Part shown: positions 36,040 to 46,382 of the stretch, one piece after another
Layout of the letters: every line of letters starts with the position of its first letter
How positions within the stretch are numbered: position 1 is the stretch's first letter
Assembly: GCA_965602395.1 (NCBI GenBank)
Contig: CBFCYW010000001.1
Coordinates: forward strand, 2,846 to 66,845
DNA from: an uncultured Chromatiales bacterium
Lineage (GTDB): Bacteria; Pseudomonadota; Gammaproteobacteria; CBFCYW01
DNA length: 64,000 nt
Direction: 5' to 3'
Notes under the pieces: model-generated
Seen by the model: the letters and a program-made list of their open reading frames with translations, nothing else
Told to the model about the DNA's origin: nothing
Databases searched by the model: none
Position numbers and translations under genes: made by a program

Positions 36040-38571
36040 GTGCCCGATTTGCAGCAGAGACCCGCCGTGACCGCAGCCCCTCCCTCGCTTGCTCGCTCGA
36101 CCATCGACGCGCCCGGCGGCGACGCCTGCGCGCTCGATACCGGCTGCTACCACTGCGGCCTGCCGCTGCCCGCCGGCGGACAATTCTCGACGCGCATTCT
36201 CGGCGCCGAGCGGCCGATGTGCTGCGCCGGCTGCGAGGCGGTGGCGGCGGCCATCGTCGCCGCCGGCCAGGAGGATTTCTACCGCCACCGCACCGATCTC
36301 GCCGCTGGCGCCGCCGAACTGGTGCCGGATTTCCTGCGCCAGGCCGAGGTCTACGACAACCCCGGCATGCAGCGCAGCTTCGTCAGCGATGCCGGCGACG
36401 GCCGCCGCGAGGCCTCGCTGCTGCTCGAAGGCATCACCTGCGCCGCCTGCGCCTGGCTGATCGAGCGCCACCTCGGCCAGCTGCCCGGCGTGGTTTCGGT
36501 GAACGTCAACTACAGCAGCCACCGCGCGCGCGTCATCTGGCAGCCGCAGGCGATCCGCCTCTCCGCAATCCTCGCCGCGATCCACGCCATCGGCTACCGC
36601 GCGCAGCCCTACGACGCCAACCGCAGCCGCGCACTGCTCGACGCCGAGCGGCGCCGCTCGCTGATCCGCATCGGCGTCGCCGGGGTGTTCGGCATGCAGG
36701 TGATGATGCTCGCCGCCGGCCTCTATCTCGGCGACTGGAGCGGCATGGAGGATGGTTACCGTGCGCTGTTCAACTGGATCAGTCTCGGCCTCACCCTGCC
36801 GATCATCGGTTACAGCGCGCAGCCCTTCTTTCGCGCCGCAGCGCGCGACCTGCGCAGCCGCCAGGTGGGCATGGACGTCCCCGTCAGCCTCGGCATCGGC
36901 GGCGCCTTCGCCGCTTCGCTGTGGGCCACCGCGAGCGGCCAGGGCACGGTCTACTACGACTCGGTGGCGATGTTCGTGCTGTTTCTGCTCACCGCGCGCC
37001 ACTTCGAGCTGGCCGCGCGGCGCCGCGCCGGCGAGGCCGCCGACCGCCTGGTGCAGCTGCTGCCGGCCACCGCCACGCGCATCGACGACGATGGCGGCGA
37101 GCAGCTGGTGCCGGTCACCGAATTGCAGGTCGGCGAGCGCCTGCGGGTGCGCCCCGGCGAGCCGATCCCCGCCGACGGCGAAGTGCTGGAGGGTCGCTCC
37201 AGTGTCGATGAGGCACTGCTCAGCGGCGAATCGCTGCCGGTCAGCCGCGGCCCCGGCGATACCGTGGTCGGCGGCTCGCTGAATGTGGAGAGCCCGTTGC
37301 TGGTGGCGGTGCGCAGCGTCGGCGAGGACAGCGTGGTGTCGCAGATGCTGCGCCTGCTGGATCGCGCCCAGGCGGAGAAGCCGGCGATCACGCGCATCGC
37401 CAACCGCGTCGCCGGACACTTCGTGACCGCCGTGCTGTTGCTGGCGCTCGGCGTCGGCGGCTACTGGTATTTCGTCGCCGGCGCCGCCGACTGGCTGCCG
37501 ATCGTGGTCTCGGTGCTGGTGGTGACCTGCCCCTGCGCGCTGTCGCTGGCGACGCCCACGGCGATCACCGCGGCCAGCGGTGCGCTGACCGCTGAGGGCT
37601 TGCTGATCACCCGCGGCGCGGCGCTGGAAACGCTGGCGCGGGTCGACCACGTGTGCTTCGACAAGACCGGCACGCTGACCGACGGCAGGCTCGCCGTGCA
37701 GCGCACCGTGCCACTGGCCGACTGCGACGCGGAGCATGCGCTGGCACTGGCCGCGGCGCTGGAGGCGCACTCCGAACACCCCATCGCCCGCGCGCTGTGC
37801 GCCGCCGCTGGCGAGGCGCGCGGCGAGTTCACCGCCGGCGAGGTCGACAACACCCCCGGCAGCGGCCTCAGCGGCAGCATCGACGGCCGCCGCTACCACC
37901 TCGGCAACGCCGAATTCATCGCCGCCCGGGGCATTGCCGCGCCCGCGGCGGCAGGGCTCGATGAGCTGCGCGCCGAGGGCGCGACGCTGGTGCTGCTGGC
38001 CGACGGGCAGCGCGCGCTGGCGGCCTTTCTGCTCGCCGACCAACTGCGCCCCGGTGGCGCCGAACTGGTCGCCGCACTGCACCGCAGCGGCTGTCGCGTC
38101 AGCCTGCTCAGCGGCGATCACGCCGCCGCCGCGCAGCGCGTCGCCACCGCGGTCGGCATCGACGAGGTGCACGCCGGCCTCGGCCCGGCGGACAAGCTGG
38201 CGCGGCTGCGCGAGCTGCAGGCCGGCGGCGCGGTGGTGGCGATGGTCGGCGACGGGGTCAACGACGCCGCGGTGCTCGCCGGGGCCGACGTCTCCGTGGC
38301 CATGGGCAGCGGCGCCGATATCGCCGCCGCCAGCGCTGATCTGCTGCTGACCACCGAGCATCTGGATGCACTCGCCAGCGGTTTTGCCAGCGCGCGGCGC
38401 ACGCTGTGGATCGTGCGCCAGAACATCGCCTGGGCGATCGGTTACAACCTGCTGGCGCTGCCCGCCGCCGCGGCCGGGCTGGTGGCGCCGTGGATGGCCG
38501 CGATCGGCATGTCGCTGAGTTCGCTGCTGGTGGTGGCCAACGCCTCGCGGCTGCGCCGCACGGGAGCCTGA
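36040..38571 (+). CDS. ccoI: copper-translocating P1B-type ATPase for cbb3 oxidase maturation
   Basis: Motifs CYHCGLPLP, CCAGCEAV and the HMA-like GITCAACAW. P-type ATPase motifs CPC, DKTGTLT and GDGVNDA. There is no ATG near the 5' end; candidate in-frame starts are GTG 36040, TTG 36049 and GTG 36067. Confidence 0.85.
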   Translation: MPDLQQRPAVTAAPPSLARSTIDAPGGDACALDTGCYHCGLPLPAGGQFSTRILGAERPMCCAGCEAVAAAIVAAGQEDFYRHRTDLAAGAAELVPDFLRQAEVYDNPGMQRSFVSDAGDGRREASLLLEGITCAACAWLIERHLGQLPGVVSVNVNYSSHRARVIWQPQAIRLSAILAAIHAIGYRAQPYDANRSRALLDAERRRSLIRIGVAGVFGMQVMMLAAGLYLGDWSGMEDGYRALFNWISLGLTLPIIGYSAQPFFRAAARDLRSRQVGMDVPVSLGIGGAFAASLWATASGQGTVYYDSVAMFVLFLLTARHFELAARRRAGEAADRLVQLLPATATRIDDDGGEQLVPVTELQVGERLRVRPGEPIPADGEVLEGRSSVDEALLSGESLPVSRGPGDTVVGGSLNVESPLLVAVRSVGEDSVVSQMLRLLDRAQAEKPAITRIANRVAGHFVTAVLLLALGVGGYWYFVAGAADWLPIVVSVLVVTCPCALSLATPTAITAASGALTAEGLLITRGAALETLARVDHVCFDKTGTLTDGRLAVQRTVPLADCDAEHALALAAALEAHSEHPIARALCAAAGEARGEFTAGEVDNTPGSGLSGSIDGRRYHLGNAEFIAARGIAAPAAAGLDELRAEGATLVLLADGQRALAAFLLADQLRPGGAELVAALHRSGCRVSLLSGDHAAAAQRVATAVGIDEVHAGLGPADKLARLRELQAGGAVVAMVGDGVNDAAVLAGADVSVAMGSGADIAAASADLLLTTEHLDALASGFASARRTLWIVRQNIAWAIGYNLLALPAAAAGLVAPWMAAIGMSLSSLLVVANASRLRRTGA

Positions 38572-38572
38572 T

Positions 38573-38815
38573 ATGGAAATTCTCTACCTGCTGGTACCGA
38601 TTGCCGCGCTGCTGGCGGTGCTCATCGCGGTGGCGTTCGTCTGGGCCATCCGCTCCGGCCAGTTCGAGGATCTCGAAGGCCCGGCGCACCGCATTCTGAT
38701 GGACGACGACGACGAGTTGATCCCCCGGGATGCGCGCTCGCAGCCGGCCGACAGCGGCGAATCGCCGGCGCAGTCGAAGCCCGCCCGGCAGCACAGCGAA
38801 CCCCGGCAGAAATGA
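38573..38815 (+). CDS. ccoS: cbb3 oxidase maturation protein CcoS
   Basis: The segment MEILYLLVPIAALLAVLIAVAFVWAIRSGQFEDLEGPAHRIL is typical of CcoS/FixS. It begins 2 nt after the ccoI stop. Confidence 0.85.
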   Translation: MEILYLLVPIAALLAVLIAVAFVWAIRSGQFEDLEGPAHRILMDDDDELIPRDARSQPADSGESPAQSKPARQHSEPRQK

Positions 38816-38943
38816 TCGCCGGGCGCAGCGCAGCGGCAAGCCGACGCGCCGCGCGGTAGCCACAATTGGCGATTGGCCCGCCGCGGCGGCGCAGTGCGTG
38901 CTAGCTTCTGTGCATTGAAGCGGCAAAACGCGCGCAGCAGCCC

Positions 38944-39309
38944 ATGCTCTACAAAACCCTCGGCTTTTTCTTTGTCGGCCTCGCCGCACTCGGCGTGGCG
39001 CTGCCGCTGTTGCCGACCACGCCGTTTCTGCTGCTCGCCGCCGGCTGCTTTGCGCGCTCCTCCGAGCGCTGGCACGCCTGGCTGCGCGATAGCCGCCTGT
39101 TCGGCCCGCTGCTGCTCGACTGGGAGCAGCGCCGCTGCGTCTCGCGGCGCACCCGCGGCGTGGCACTGCTGTCGATGGCCGGGCTCGGCGGCTACTCGGT
39201 GGCCTTTGCCATCAGCAATCCCTGGCTGCAATTGTTCGGCCTGTTGTTGCTGGCCATCGGCGCTGCGGTGATCTGTCGCATCGACGCCTGCGAGACCTGC
39301 GGCGACTGA
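38944..39309 (+). CDS. ybaN: YbaN/DUF454 family inner-membrane protein
   Basis: Motif GLAALGVALPLLPTTPFLLLAAGCFARSSERWHAWL. Confidence 0.75.
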   Translation: MLYKTLGFFFVGLAALGVALPLLPTTPFLLLAAGCFARSSERWHAWLRDSRLFGPLLLDWEQRRCVSRRTRGVALLSMAGLGGYSVAFAISNPWLQLFGLLLLAIGAAVICRIDACETCGD

Positions 39310-39395
39310 GCTGGCAGGGCGGCCTGGCGAGATGCGTGACGCCGTTTGCAGTGGGCGGATGCGGCGCGCCGGGCGTGCCGGTACACTCCGCCGCC

Positions 39396-41381
39396 ATGCT
39401 TAACTTCAGCCAAGTCACCCTGCGCCGCGGCACGCGCGCGCTGTTCTCGGATGCCAGCTTTATCATTCACGCCGGCGAGCGCGTCGGCCTCACCGGCGCC
39501 AATGGCTGCGGTAAATCCAGCCTGTTCGCGCTGCTGCGCGGCGAGCTGTCGGTGGACGCCGGCGACGTGTCGCTGCCGCCGGGGCTGGAGATCGCCCACG
39601 TCGCTCAGCAGACGCCGTCGCTGGCGCGCCCGGCACTGGATTACGCCATCGATGGCGACCGCGCGCTGCGCATCGCCGAAGCCGAGCTGGCGGCGGCCGA
39701 GGCCAGCGGCGACGGCAATGCCCAGGCGCTGGCGCACGCGGCCATCGATGCTCTGGACGGTTACACGGCGCGCAGCCGTGCGGCCCGGTTGCTGGCCGGG
39801 CTGGGCTTTTCGCAGGCGCAGCAGAGCCGGCCGGTGGCAGATTTTTCCGGCGGCTGGCGGATGCGCCTCAATCTGGCCCAGGCACTGATGTGCCGCTCCG
39901 ATCTGCTGCTGCTCGACGAACCCACCAATCACCTCGATCTGGATGCGGTGCTGTGGCTGGAGGAATGGCTGCGCGGCTATCCCGGCACTCTGCTACTGAT
40001 CTCTCACGATCGTGATTTCCTCGATCGCGTGGTTGCGCGCATAGCTCACATAGAGCATGAAAAGATAGCTTTATATAGCGGAAACTATTCGCAATTTGAA
40101 AAACAGCGCGCAATGCATCTTGCCCAGCAGCAGGCCGCTTTCCAGCGCCAGCAGCGGGAGATCGCCCACATCCGCAGCTACGTCGATCGCTTCCGCGCCC
40201 AGGCCACCAAGGCGCGCCAGGCACAGAGCCGGCTGAAGGCGCTGGCGCGCATGGAGGAGATCGCCCCGGCGCATGTCGATTCGCCATTCCACTTCGAATT
40301 TCGCGCCGCTCCGGCCCTGCCCAGCCCTATGCTGCGCTGCGATGAGTTGAGTCTGGGCTACGCCGGATCAGCGGTGTTGGAAGATATCGATTTCACCCTT
40401 ATGCCCGGCCAGCGAATCGGCCTGCTCGGCGCCAATGGCGCCGGCAAGTCGACGCTGATCAAAGCCCTGGCCGGCGGCATCGGGCGCAGCGATGATGGCG
40501 CACGCAGCGGCCCGCAACGGACTGGCCCGGCGGTGCTGAGCGGCACGCTCGAACCAGCGCGCACCCTGCGCGTCGGTTATTTCGCCCAGCACCAGCTCGA
40601 ACAGCTCGACCCGGCCGCCAGCCCGCTGCTGCACTTGCAGCGCCTCGATGGCCGCGCCAGCGAGCGCGATCTGCGCGATTTCATCGGCGGTTTTGGTTTC
40701 CACGGCGATCAGGCACTGGCTGCCACGGCACCGTTTTCCGGCGGCGAAAAAGCGCGACTGGTGCTGGCGTTGCTGGTCTATCAGCGACCCAATCTGCTGC
40801 TGCTCGATGAGCCCACCAACCACCTCGACCTGGAGATGCGCCATGCGCTGACACTGGCGTTGCAGGGGTTCGATGGCGCACTGCTGGTGGTCAGCCACGA
40901 CCGCCACCTGCTGCGCAGTGTCGCCGACCAGCTGTGGCTGGTGGCCGATGGCGGTCTGCGCCCGTTTGACGACGATCTCGACGGTTACGCCCGCTGGCTG
41001 GCGCAGCGTCGCAGCGCCGCCGCCGCGGAGCCTGGCGGCGGCGGTGGTGGCAAATCGGCTGGCGCGGCCGATGCCACGCATACGGAGAGCGCCGAAGCCA
41101 GGCGCCTGCGCAAGCGTGCCGAAGCCGAGCGGCGGCGCGCACTGCAGCCGCTGCGCGATGCCGTGTCGCGCGCTGAAGTGCAGTTGGAGCGCTGCGAGCA
41201 GGCGCTGGCAAAGATTGATGAAAAATTATCTGATACAGATATTTATGCAGACAACAGAAAGCACGACCTGAAGTCTGTGCTGGCCGAGCAGGCCGACTGG
41301 CGTGGGCAGCTGGAGCGCGCCGAGGAAGCCTGGATGGAAGCCGGTGAGGCGCTGCAGGCGGCCGAGGCCGGCAGCGCTTGA
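39396..41381 (+). CDS. ABC-F family ATPase (YheS-like)
   Basis: Two ABC cassettes (GANGCGKSS, LSGGWRMRL / GANGAGKST, FSGGEKARL), no TM domain and a C-terminal coiled-coil. Confidence 0.9.
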   Translation: MLNFSQVTLRRGTRALFSDASFIIHAGERVGLTGANGCGKSSLFALLRGELSVDAGDVSLPPGLEIAHVAQQTPSLARPALDYAIDGDRALRIAEAELAAAEASGDGNAQALAHAAIDALDGYTARSRAARLLAGLGFSQAQQSRPVADFSGGWRMRLNLAQALMCRSDLLLLDEPTNHLDLDAVLWLEEWLRGYPGTLLLISHDRDFLDRVVARIAHIEHEKIALYSGNYSQFEKQRAMHLAQQQAAFQRQQREIAHIRSYVDRFRAQATKARQAQSRLKALARMEEIAPAHVDSPFHFEFRAAPALPSPMLRCDELSLGYAGSAVLEDIDFTLMPGQRIGLLGANGAGKSTLIKALAGGIGRSDDGARSGPQRTGPAVLSGTLEPARTLRVGYFAQHQLEQLDPAASPLLHLQRLDGRASERDLRDFIGGFGFHGDQALAATAPFSGGEKARLVLALLVYQRPNLLLLDEPTNHLDLEMRHALTLALQGFDGALLVVSHDRHLLRSVADQLWLVADGGLRPFDDDLDGYARWLAQRRSAAAAEPGGGGGGKSAGAADATHTESAEARRLRKRAEAERRRALQPLRDAVSRAEVQLERCEQALAKIDEKLSDTDIYADNRKHDLKSVLAEQADWRGQLERAEEAWMEAGEALQAAEAGSA

Positions 41382-41513
41382 ATCTCTCTCGCCCGGCTGC
41401 GTCGGCTTGCCGTCGTCGTCGCGGCTGCTCCGCCACGCTGCGGCATTGCGCCTGGTTCCGCCGGCACGGCTGATCAAGTTGTGCCGGCAAGCGCCGCTGA
41501 TTGCCTGATCGAC

Positions 41514-43490
41514 ATGCATCGGGAGACCAACTTGGCGCGCATCAACTGGCAATTCAACGGTCGCCGCAGCAGCTTGCGGCTGCGTCTTACGCTGGTGGCG
41601 GGGTTGGTACTGGCGGCTTTTATCGCGCTGACCGGCCTGTTCTTTCACGTCCTCGGTGAATACGACGCCAGCGCGCAGCGCGTCGATCTGGTGCAGAAGG
41701 TGGACGGTGCGGTGATCGGCGCGGTCAACGCGCTGCTGCGCCATGTGCAGCGCGGTGATCAGCTGCAGCGCGAGGGCCTGGACGACTACCGGCAGAGCAT
41801 CCGCGCGCGTCGGACCAGTGATCGCGAAGCCTTTGCAGCGTTCGCCGATCGGCTGCGCAACGGCATGCCCGAAGCCGCTGCGGGGAGCGATCTGGCGGCG
41901 CGGCTGGAGCGCATCGCAGCACAGTTGGATGCCTATTACGTGGCGCAGTTGCGCTGGCTCGAATTGCGCGCCGACTACGGCTTCAGCGCTGCCGACGGCC
42001 TGCGCGGTGAGCTGAACATCGCCGCCGCGGGACTGGAGCAGCGGATCGGCTTCGCCGGGCTGTTCCGCGATCTGGCGCAGAAGATGCGCAAGGCGGAGAA
42101 GGACTATCTGATCACTGGCGGCGAGGAGTACCTCGCGGCGGCGCGCAGGCATGCCGGGGAACTGCAAAAGTGGATCGCGGATTTCGGCTTCGCCGAGCAG
42201 CACGGTGCGGCGATGGCTGGCTATCGGTCGCTGTTTGAGCAGGTCGCCGCGGTGCGCGATGAGCTGTTCGCCGCCGACGGCGCCCGCGGCGCGGCTTTGC
42301 CGGAGCTGCTCAGCGTTGCCGACGGGCTCAAGCAGCAGCTGCGCGCTGGCCAGTTGCCAGCGGTGCGTGCCGCAGCGGAGGCTACCGGCGAGCGCGCACG
42401 CCTGCTGGTGCTGCTCGCGGCGCTGGGCGTCGGTGCGCTGATCACGCTGCTGCTGGCGTCGGTGTCGCGCAGCATCACCGCCGGGCTGGCGCGCATCATC
42501 GACACGCTGGCGCAGCTCTCCGCCGGCGATCTGACCCGCCGCGTCGCCGCCACCGATGCCGGCGACGACGAGATGGGGCGGCTCGGTGCTGCGGTCAATC
42601 GCATGGCCCAGGATCTCGGCGAGCTGGTGGCCCTATCGAGCCGTGCCAGCGCCGATATGCAGCACATGGTCGGTGCCTTGGATGGCGAGACCCGTGCGCT
42701 GGCCGAGAATAACCACACCATCAGCGGCAAGGCCGGCGGCATGGCGCAGGGTGTGCAGGATATGAGCAGCACTGTCGGCAACGTCGCCCAGTCGATTGAC
42801 GAACTGCGCGCTGCGGCGAGCCGAACCGCAGCGGCCTCCGAGAGTGGCGCGCGGGTTATCGGGCGCACCGATCAGGCCCTCGGCGACATCTCCGGGGTGG
42901 TGACCGAAGCGGTCGGGAAGGTCGATTCACTACGCCGGAGTTCGGATCGCATCAGCATGGTGGTCGAGGTCATCGATGCCCTCGCCGCGCAGACCAATCT
43001 GCTGGCCCTGAATGCGGCTATCGAGGCGGCCCGCGCCGGAGAGGCCGGGCGCGGCTTTGCGGTGGTCGCCGAGGAGGTGCGCGAGCTGGCCGAGAAGACC
43101 GTCTCGGCGACCCGCGAAATCACCGATATCGTCGATGCTATCCAGAGCGAGTGCGGCATGGTGGCGGAGACTATCGAGCGCGGTCGCCAGGCGGCCGGGC
43201 GCGGCACCGAGCTGGGCGGCGAAGCCTCGGCGGCGATGGCGGAGATCAGTGCGCAGGCGCAGACTATGGCCGCTCGCGTCGGCAACATCGCTGCGGCGGT
43301 GGAGCAGGTGACGCAGGTGATGCAGGTGATCGGCGGCGACATGCAACGGGTCGCCGATGAGGTCGCCAGCAGCGAGCAGGTGGCGACGCGCATCTCCGCC
43401 GCCACCGGCGAGCTGAGCGGCAAGTCTGAAGAACTGCTGACGATGAGCGGGCGCTTCGTGGTTGCCGCCAGCGGCGATCGCCGGAGCTGA
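41514..43490 (+). CDS. methyl-accepting chemotaxis protein
   Basis: N-terminal TM, a roughly 270-aa sensor region, a second TM, HAMP, and the conserved signalling hairpin ([33 protein letters not shown]). Confidence 0.85.
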   Translation: MHRETNLARINWQFNGRRSSLRLRLTLVAGLVLAAFIALTGLFFHVLGEYDASAQRVDLVQKVDGAVIGAVNALLRHVQRGDQLQREGLDDYRQSIRARRTSDREAFAAFADRLRNGMPEAAAGSDLAARLERIAAQLDAYYVAQLRWLELRADYGFSAADGLRGELNIAAAGLEQRIGFAGLFRDLAQKMRKAEKDYLITGGEEYLAAARRHAGELQKWIADFGFAEQHGAAMAGYRSLFEQVAAVRDELFAADGARGAALPELLSVADGLKQQLRAGQLPAVRAAAEATGERARLLVLLAALGVGALITLLLASVSRSITAGLARIIDTLAQLSAGDLTRRVAATDAGDDEMGRLGAAVNRMAQDLGELVALSSRASADMQHMVGALDGETRALAENNHTISGKAGGMAQGVQDMSSTVGNVAQSIDELRAAASRTAAASESGARVIGRTDQALGDISGVVTEAVGKVDSLRRSSDRISMVVEVIDALAAQTNLLALNAAIEAARAGEAGRGFAVVAEEVRELAEKTVSATREITDIVDAIQSECGMVAETIERGRQAAGRGTELGGEASAAMAEISAQAQTMAARVGNIAAAVEQVTQVMQVIGGDMQRVADEVASSEQVATRISAATGELSGKSEELLTMSGRFVVAASGDRRS

Positions 43491-43622
43491 TTCGCCACCT
43501 CCGCGCCGATCGGCAGCTGCACCGCTGCCCGGCGCCGCCGCACTGTGTTAGCTTGCCGGGCGCCAGCGTCCCGGCATCCGCGCGATGCGCCGGGCGCACC
43601 GACCAACCGGAATCGCCAGCGC

Positions 43623-44579
43623 ATGCCAGACGACAAGTCGCGCGCCAGCGCGCGCGCGCCGCAGACCCCATCCCCCGATACCCGCAGGATCGGCTCGCGC
43701 CAGGCATCCTGGCTGGCGGGTCTGCTGCGCCTGCTCGCTTGCTTCTCGCCGCGCGCCGCCGCCTGGCTGGTGGAGCGCCGCTGGCGCCGCGTGCAGCACT
43801 TCGCAGCGCCGCCGCGCGAAGCGCACTGGGTGGCTGCGGCGCAGCGTCGCTGGATCGGTGGGGGTGGTTCGGCCGCCGCTGGCTCGGCTGACGCTGCGCG
43901 CGGCGCACTGCACTGCTGGGTGTGGGAGGGGCGCGGGCCGTCGGTGCTGCTGGTGCATGGCTGGGCTGGTCGCGGTGCGCAGCTGGGGGCTTTTGCGGCA
44001 CCGCTGCTGGCCGCCGGGTATCGGGTGATCGCTGTCGATCTGCCCGGTCACGGCGATGCCGTGCGGCGCCACACGGACGTCGCCGAGTGCGCCGACGCGC
44101 TGCTCGCCGTGGATCTCGCCGAGGGGCCGCTGGCCGCGGTGGTCGGACATTCCTTTGGCGTTGCGGCAGCCGCGCTGGCCTGCCGCAGCGGGTTGCGCGC
44201 GGCGCGCTTCGTGGGTATCGCGCCGCCGGCTTTCGGCGAGCAGATGCTGGCCGCGTTCGAGGCGCAGATGTCGCTGTCGCCGGCGGTGCAAAAGGCGCTG
44301 CGCCGACGCCTGGCACGGCGCCTGGGGGCGGATTTCATCGCCCGGCTTTCGACGGCCGAAAGTGCCCGCCACTGCCGCATGCCGGCTTTGATCGTACATG
44401 ACGAAGGGGACCGTGCGGTCGGCTGGCAGGCGGGCAGGGCGGTGGCGGATGCCTGGGACGGTGGCGCCGAATTCCACCTCTGTCGCGGCTTGGGGCACTT
44501 CCGTGTGCTGCGCGACGCGGCGGTGATCGAACGCTGCGTGAGCTTTATCGAGGGTGCGCGCAGCGAGCGATGCGGCTGA
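43623..44579 (+). CDS. alpha/beta hydrolase
   Basis: Motif LLVHGWAGRG and the nucleophile elbow GHSFG. The start is uncertain (43545 in the ORF track). Confidence 0.7.
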   Translation: MPDDKSRASARAPQTPSPDTRRIGSRQASWLAGLLRLLACFSPRAAAWLVERRWRRVQHFAAPPREAHWVAAAQRRWIGGGGSAAAGSADAARGALHCWVWEGRGPSVLLVHGWAGRGAQLGAFAAPLLAAGYRVIAVDLPGHGDAVRRHTDVAECADALLAVDLAEGPLAAVVGHSFGVAAAALACRSGLRAARFVGIAPPAFGEQMLAAFEAQMSLSPAVQKALRRRLARRLGADFIARLSTAESARHCRMPALIVHDEGDRAVGWQAGRAVADAWDGGAEFHLCRGLGHFRVLRDAAVIERCVSFIEGARSERCG

Positions 44580-44591
44580 GCGTTGGTGCGC

Positions 44592-45410
44592 TCAATGGAC
44601 CGCGGCACGCAGTCCGACGGTGCCACCGAGCAGGTAGTCGCTCCACTGCTCGAACAGGTGGCGGCTCGGTGAGGCCAGCACCGAGCGCGGCTCCAGCGCG
44701 GCGCGGAATACGCTGTCGCCGTCGAGCGTCTGGCAGTAGCCGCCGGCTTCTTCGAGGATCAGCACGCCGGCGGCCATATCCCACAGGCGCTGTCCGCCGT
44801 GCAGGTAGATGTGGCCGCGCCCGGAGGCCATCCACGCCCACTCCATCGCGCAGGAGCCGACGTTGCGCTGTGAGGCATAGGGTGGCCTGTTGGCCAGCAG
44901 GCCGCGCATGCCGGGGCTGAGGCGCTTGAAGTCGACCAGTGCGATGGCGCGACGCAGATCGAAGTCGATGCCGGGAATGCTCAGCGGGCGGCCGTTGATC
45001 CAGGCGCCGTTGCCGCGCTCGGCGGCGAAGACCTCGCCGCGAATCGGATCGCAGATGACGCTGATCTGCGGCTGACCGTCGGCGATCAGGGCGGCGCAGA
45101 TGCCGAAGATCGGCACGCCGGCGGCGAAGTTGCTGGTGCCGTCCAGCGGGTCGACGCACCAGAAGGGTTCGTCGCTGCGTTCGATGATCTCGTGCTGCTC
45201 GGTGGCGCTCATTTCCTCGCTGAGAAAATTGACCCCGGGCAGCAGGGCGTCGAGCTCTTCGCGCAGGTAGTCGTTGCAGGCCAGATCTGCTTCGGTGAGC
45301 AGGCTGCCATCGGCTTTGAGGGTGTGGCTGACGCGGTTGAAGCGTGGCAGCAGGGTGTCTATGGCGGCGCGCTGGACGATGTCCTGCAGCTGCCGGAGGT
45401 CACTGTGCAT
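44592..45410 (-). CDS. inositol monophosphatase family protein
   Basis: Motifs FLSEE, WCVDPLDGTSNF and WDMAAG. Confidence 0.85.
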   Translation of the reverse strand: MHSDLRQLQDIVQRAAIDTLLPRFNRVSHTLKADGSLLTEADLACNDYLREELDALLPGVNFLSEEMSATEQHEIIERSDEPFWCVDPLDGTSNFAAGVPIFGICAALIADGQPQISVICDPIRGEVFAAERGNGAWINGRPLSIPGIDFDLRRAIALVDFKRLSPGMRGLLANRPPYASQRNVGSCAMEWAWMASGRGHIYLHGGQRLWDMAAGVLILEEAGGYCQTLDGDSVFRAALEPRSVLASPSRHLFEQWSDYLLGGTVGLRAAVH

Positions 45411-45690
45411 CGTGGCTTCCTTGTTCGTGGTTTGCGCCTAGCGTAGCGAGGCGTCGGGCTGCGGATTGTGACGCGTTGGTTAAACGCAAGCCCTTGATCG
45501 GCATGAAGCAGTGAGTTGTTGAACAGTTCCGTAAGGTGATTTTTCCGGCCTCGCATGAACTAATCCCCACCGACCCAGTCACAGGGGCCATCTGGGGGTT
45601 GTCGCTCTGCGCCGACGCTTCGGATGAACGCAAACGCCAAGACCGAGCGCCCGACTACGGGCTATCCAAAACTATCTGGAGATGACTAAT

Positions 45691-45945
45691 ATGAACACTG
45701 CCAAGAAGACTTCTGGTTTCGCCCTCGCCGCCGCCGCTGCCGCGATGCTCGCTACCGCACCGATGGGTGCCGTGCACGCCGGTGCCGACAAGGGCAAGTG
45801 TGTCGGCGCCAACAGCTGTAAGGGTCACAGCGACTGTGCCACTGCGACCACCTCCTGCAAGGGCCAGAACGCCTGCAAGGGCCAGGGCTTCATGAAGATG
45901 ACCAAGGCCGAGTGCGAAGAAGCCGAAGGCACCTTCGAGGGCTGA
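45691..45945 (+). CDS. exported six-Cys RiPP precursor, bufferin/HvfA-like (Sec signal, SPase I type)
   Basis: GGAG lies 9 nt upstream of the ATG at 45691. The signal [30 protein letters not shown] precedes GAD. Core: [50 protein letters not shown]. It lies directly upstream of the DUF692/DUF2063 genes. Confidence 0.75.
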   Translation: MNTAKKTSGFALAAAAAAMLATAPMGAVHAGADKGKCVGANSCKGHSDCATATTSCKGQNACKGQGFMKMTKAECEEAEGTFEG

Positions 45946-45960
45946 TTTCGATCCCCAGCC

Positions 45961-46006
45961 ACGCCCGGATCGCAAACCGTGCAGCGGTTGCGTATCCGGG
46001 CGTTTT
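45961..46006 (+). terminator. intrinsic terminator-like hairpin between the two precursor genes (likely attenuator)
   Basis: ACGCCCGGAT pairs with ATCCGGGCGT (10 bp). An 8-bp inner stem with two bulges and a 5-nt loop follows, then TTTT. Confidence 0.5.
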
Positions 46007-46051
46007 CATACCCATAAATCCGCGCTGTGACGCGGGGGAGACCAAGAGAAA

Positions 46052-46321
46052 ATGAGTACTGTAAGCAAAACCACTGGATTTGCCCTCGCCGCAGCCGCGG
46101 CCACAATGCTGGCAGCCTGTTCGTCCACTGGCGGCGGCCTCTACGGCAGCAGCGCCAGCGCCGAAACCGGCAAGTGCATCGGCGGCAACAGCTGCAAGGG
46201 GCACAGCGATTGCGCCACCGCAACCACCTCTTGCAAAGGCCAGAACGCTTGCAAGGGCCAGGGCTTCCTGAGCATGACCAAGAGCGAATGTGACGCCGCC
46301 GGCGGTACCTTCGAAAGCTGA
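46052..46321 (+). CDS. exported six-Cys RiPP precursor paralogue with lipobox (predicted lipoprotein form)
   Basis: GGGGGAG RBS. The signal [23 protein letters not shown] has a canonical L-A-A-C lipobox, followed by the S/G-rich linker [16 protein letters not shown]. Core: [50 protein letters not shown]. Confidence 0.75.
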   Translation: MSTVSKTTGFALAAAAATMLAACSSTGGGLYGSSASAETGKCIGGNSCKGHSDCATATTSCKGQNACKGQGFLSMTKSECDAAGGTFES

Positions 46322-46382
46322 TCGACTCCACTCGTCGCGCCGCGTGCGCGGTGCGGCGTTGGCCGCAGCGAGGCGACCGCGC

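Noticed and set aside
35953-38361. 802-aa minus-strand ORF
   Set aside because: It is entirely antisense to ccoI, with an R/A/G/P-rich low-complexity translation and no recognisable domain. This is a typical open antisense frame in high-GC DNA.
45494-45507. Near-FNR box TTGAT-CGGC-ATGAA about 190 nt upstream of the first RiPP precursor
   Set aside because: The single mismatch hits the conserved C of the ATCAA half-site that FNR contacts, so this is too weak to call without data.
45517-45548. Possible ECF-sigma or sigma70 promoter (TTGAAC...) upstream of the precursor genes
   Set aside because: No acceptable -10 or CGT element lies at the right spacing, so I could not support a promoter call.
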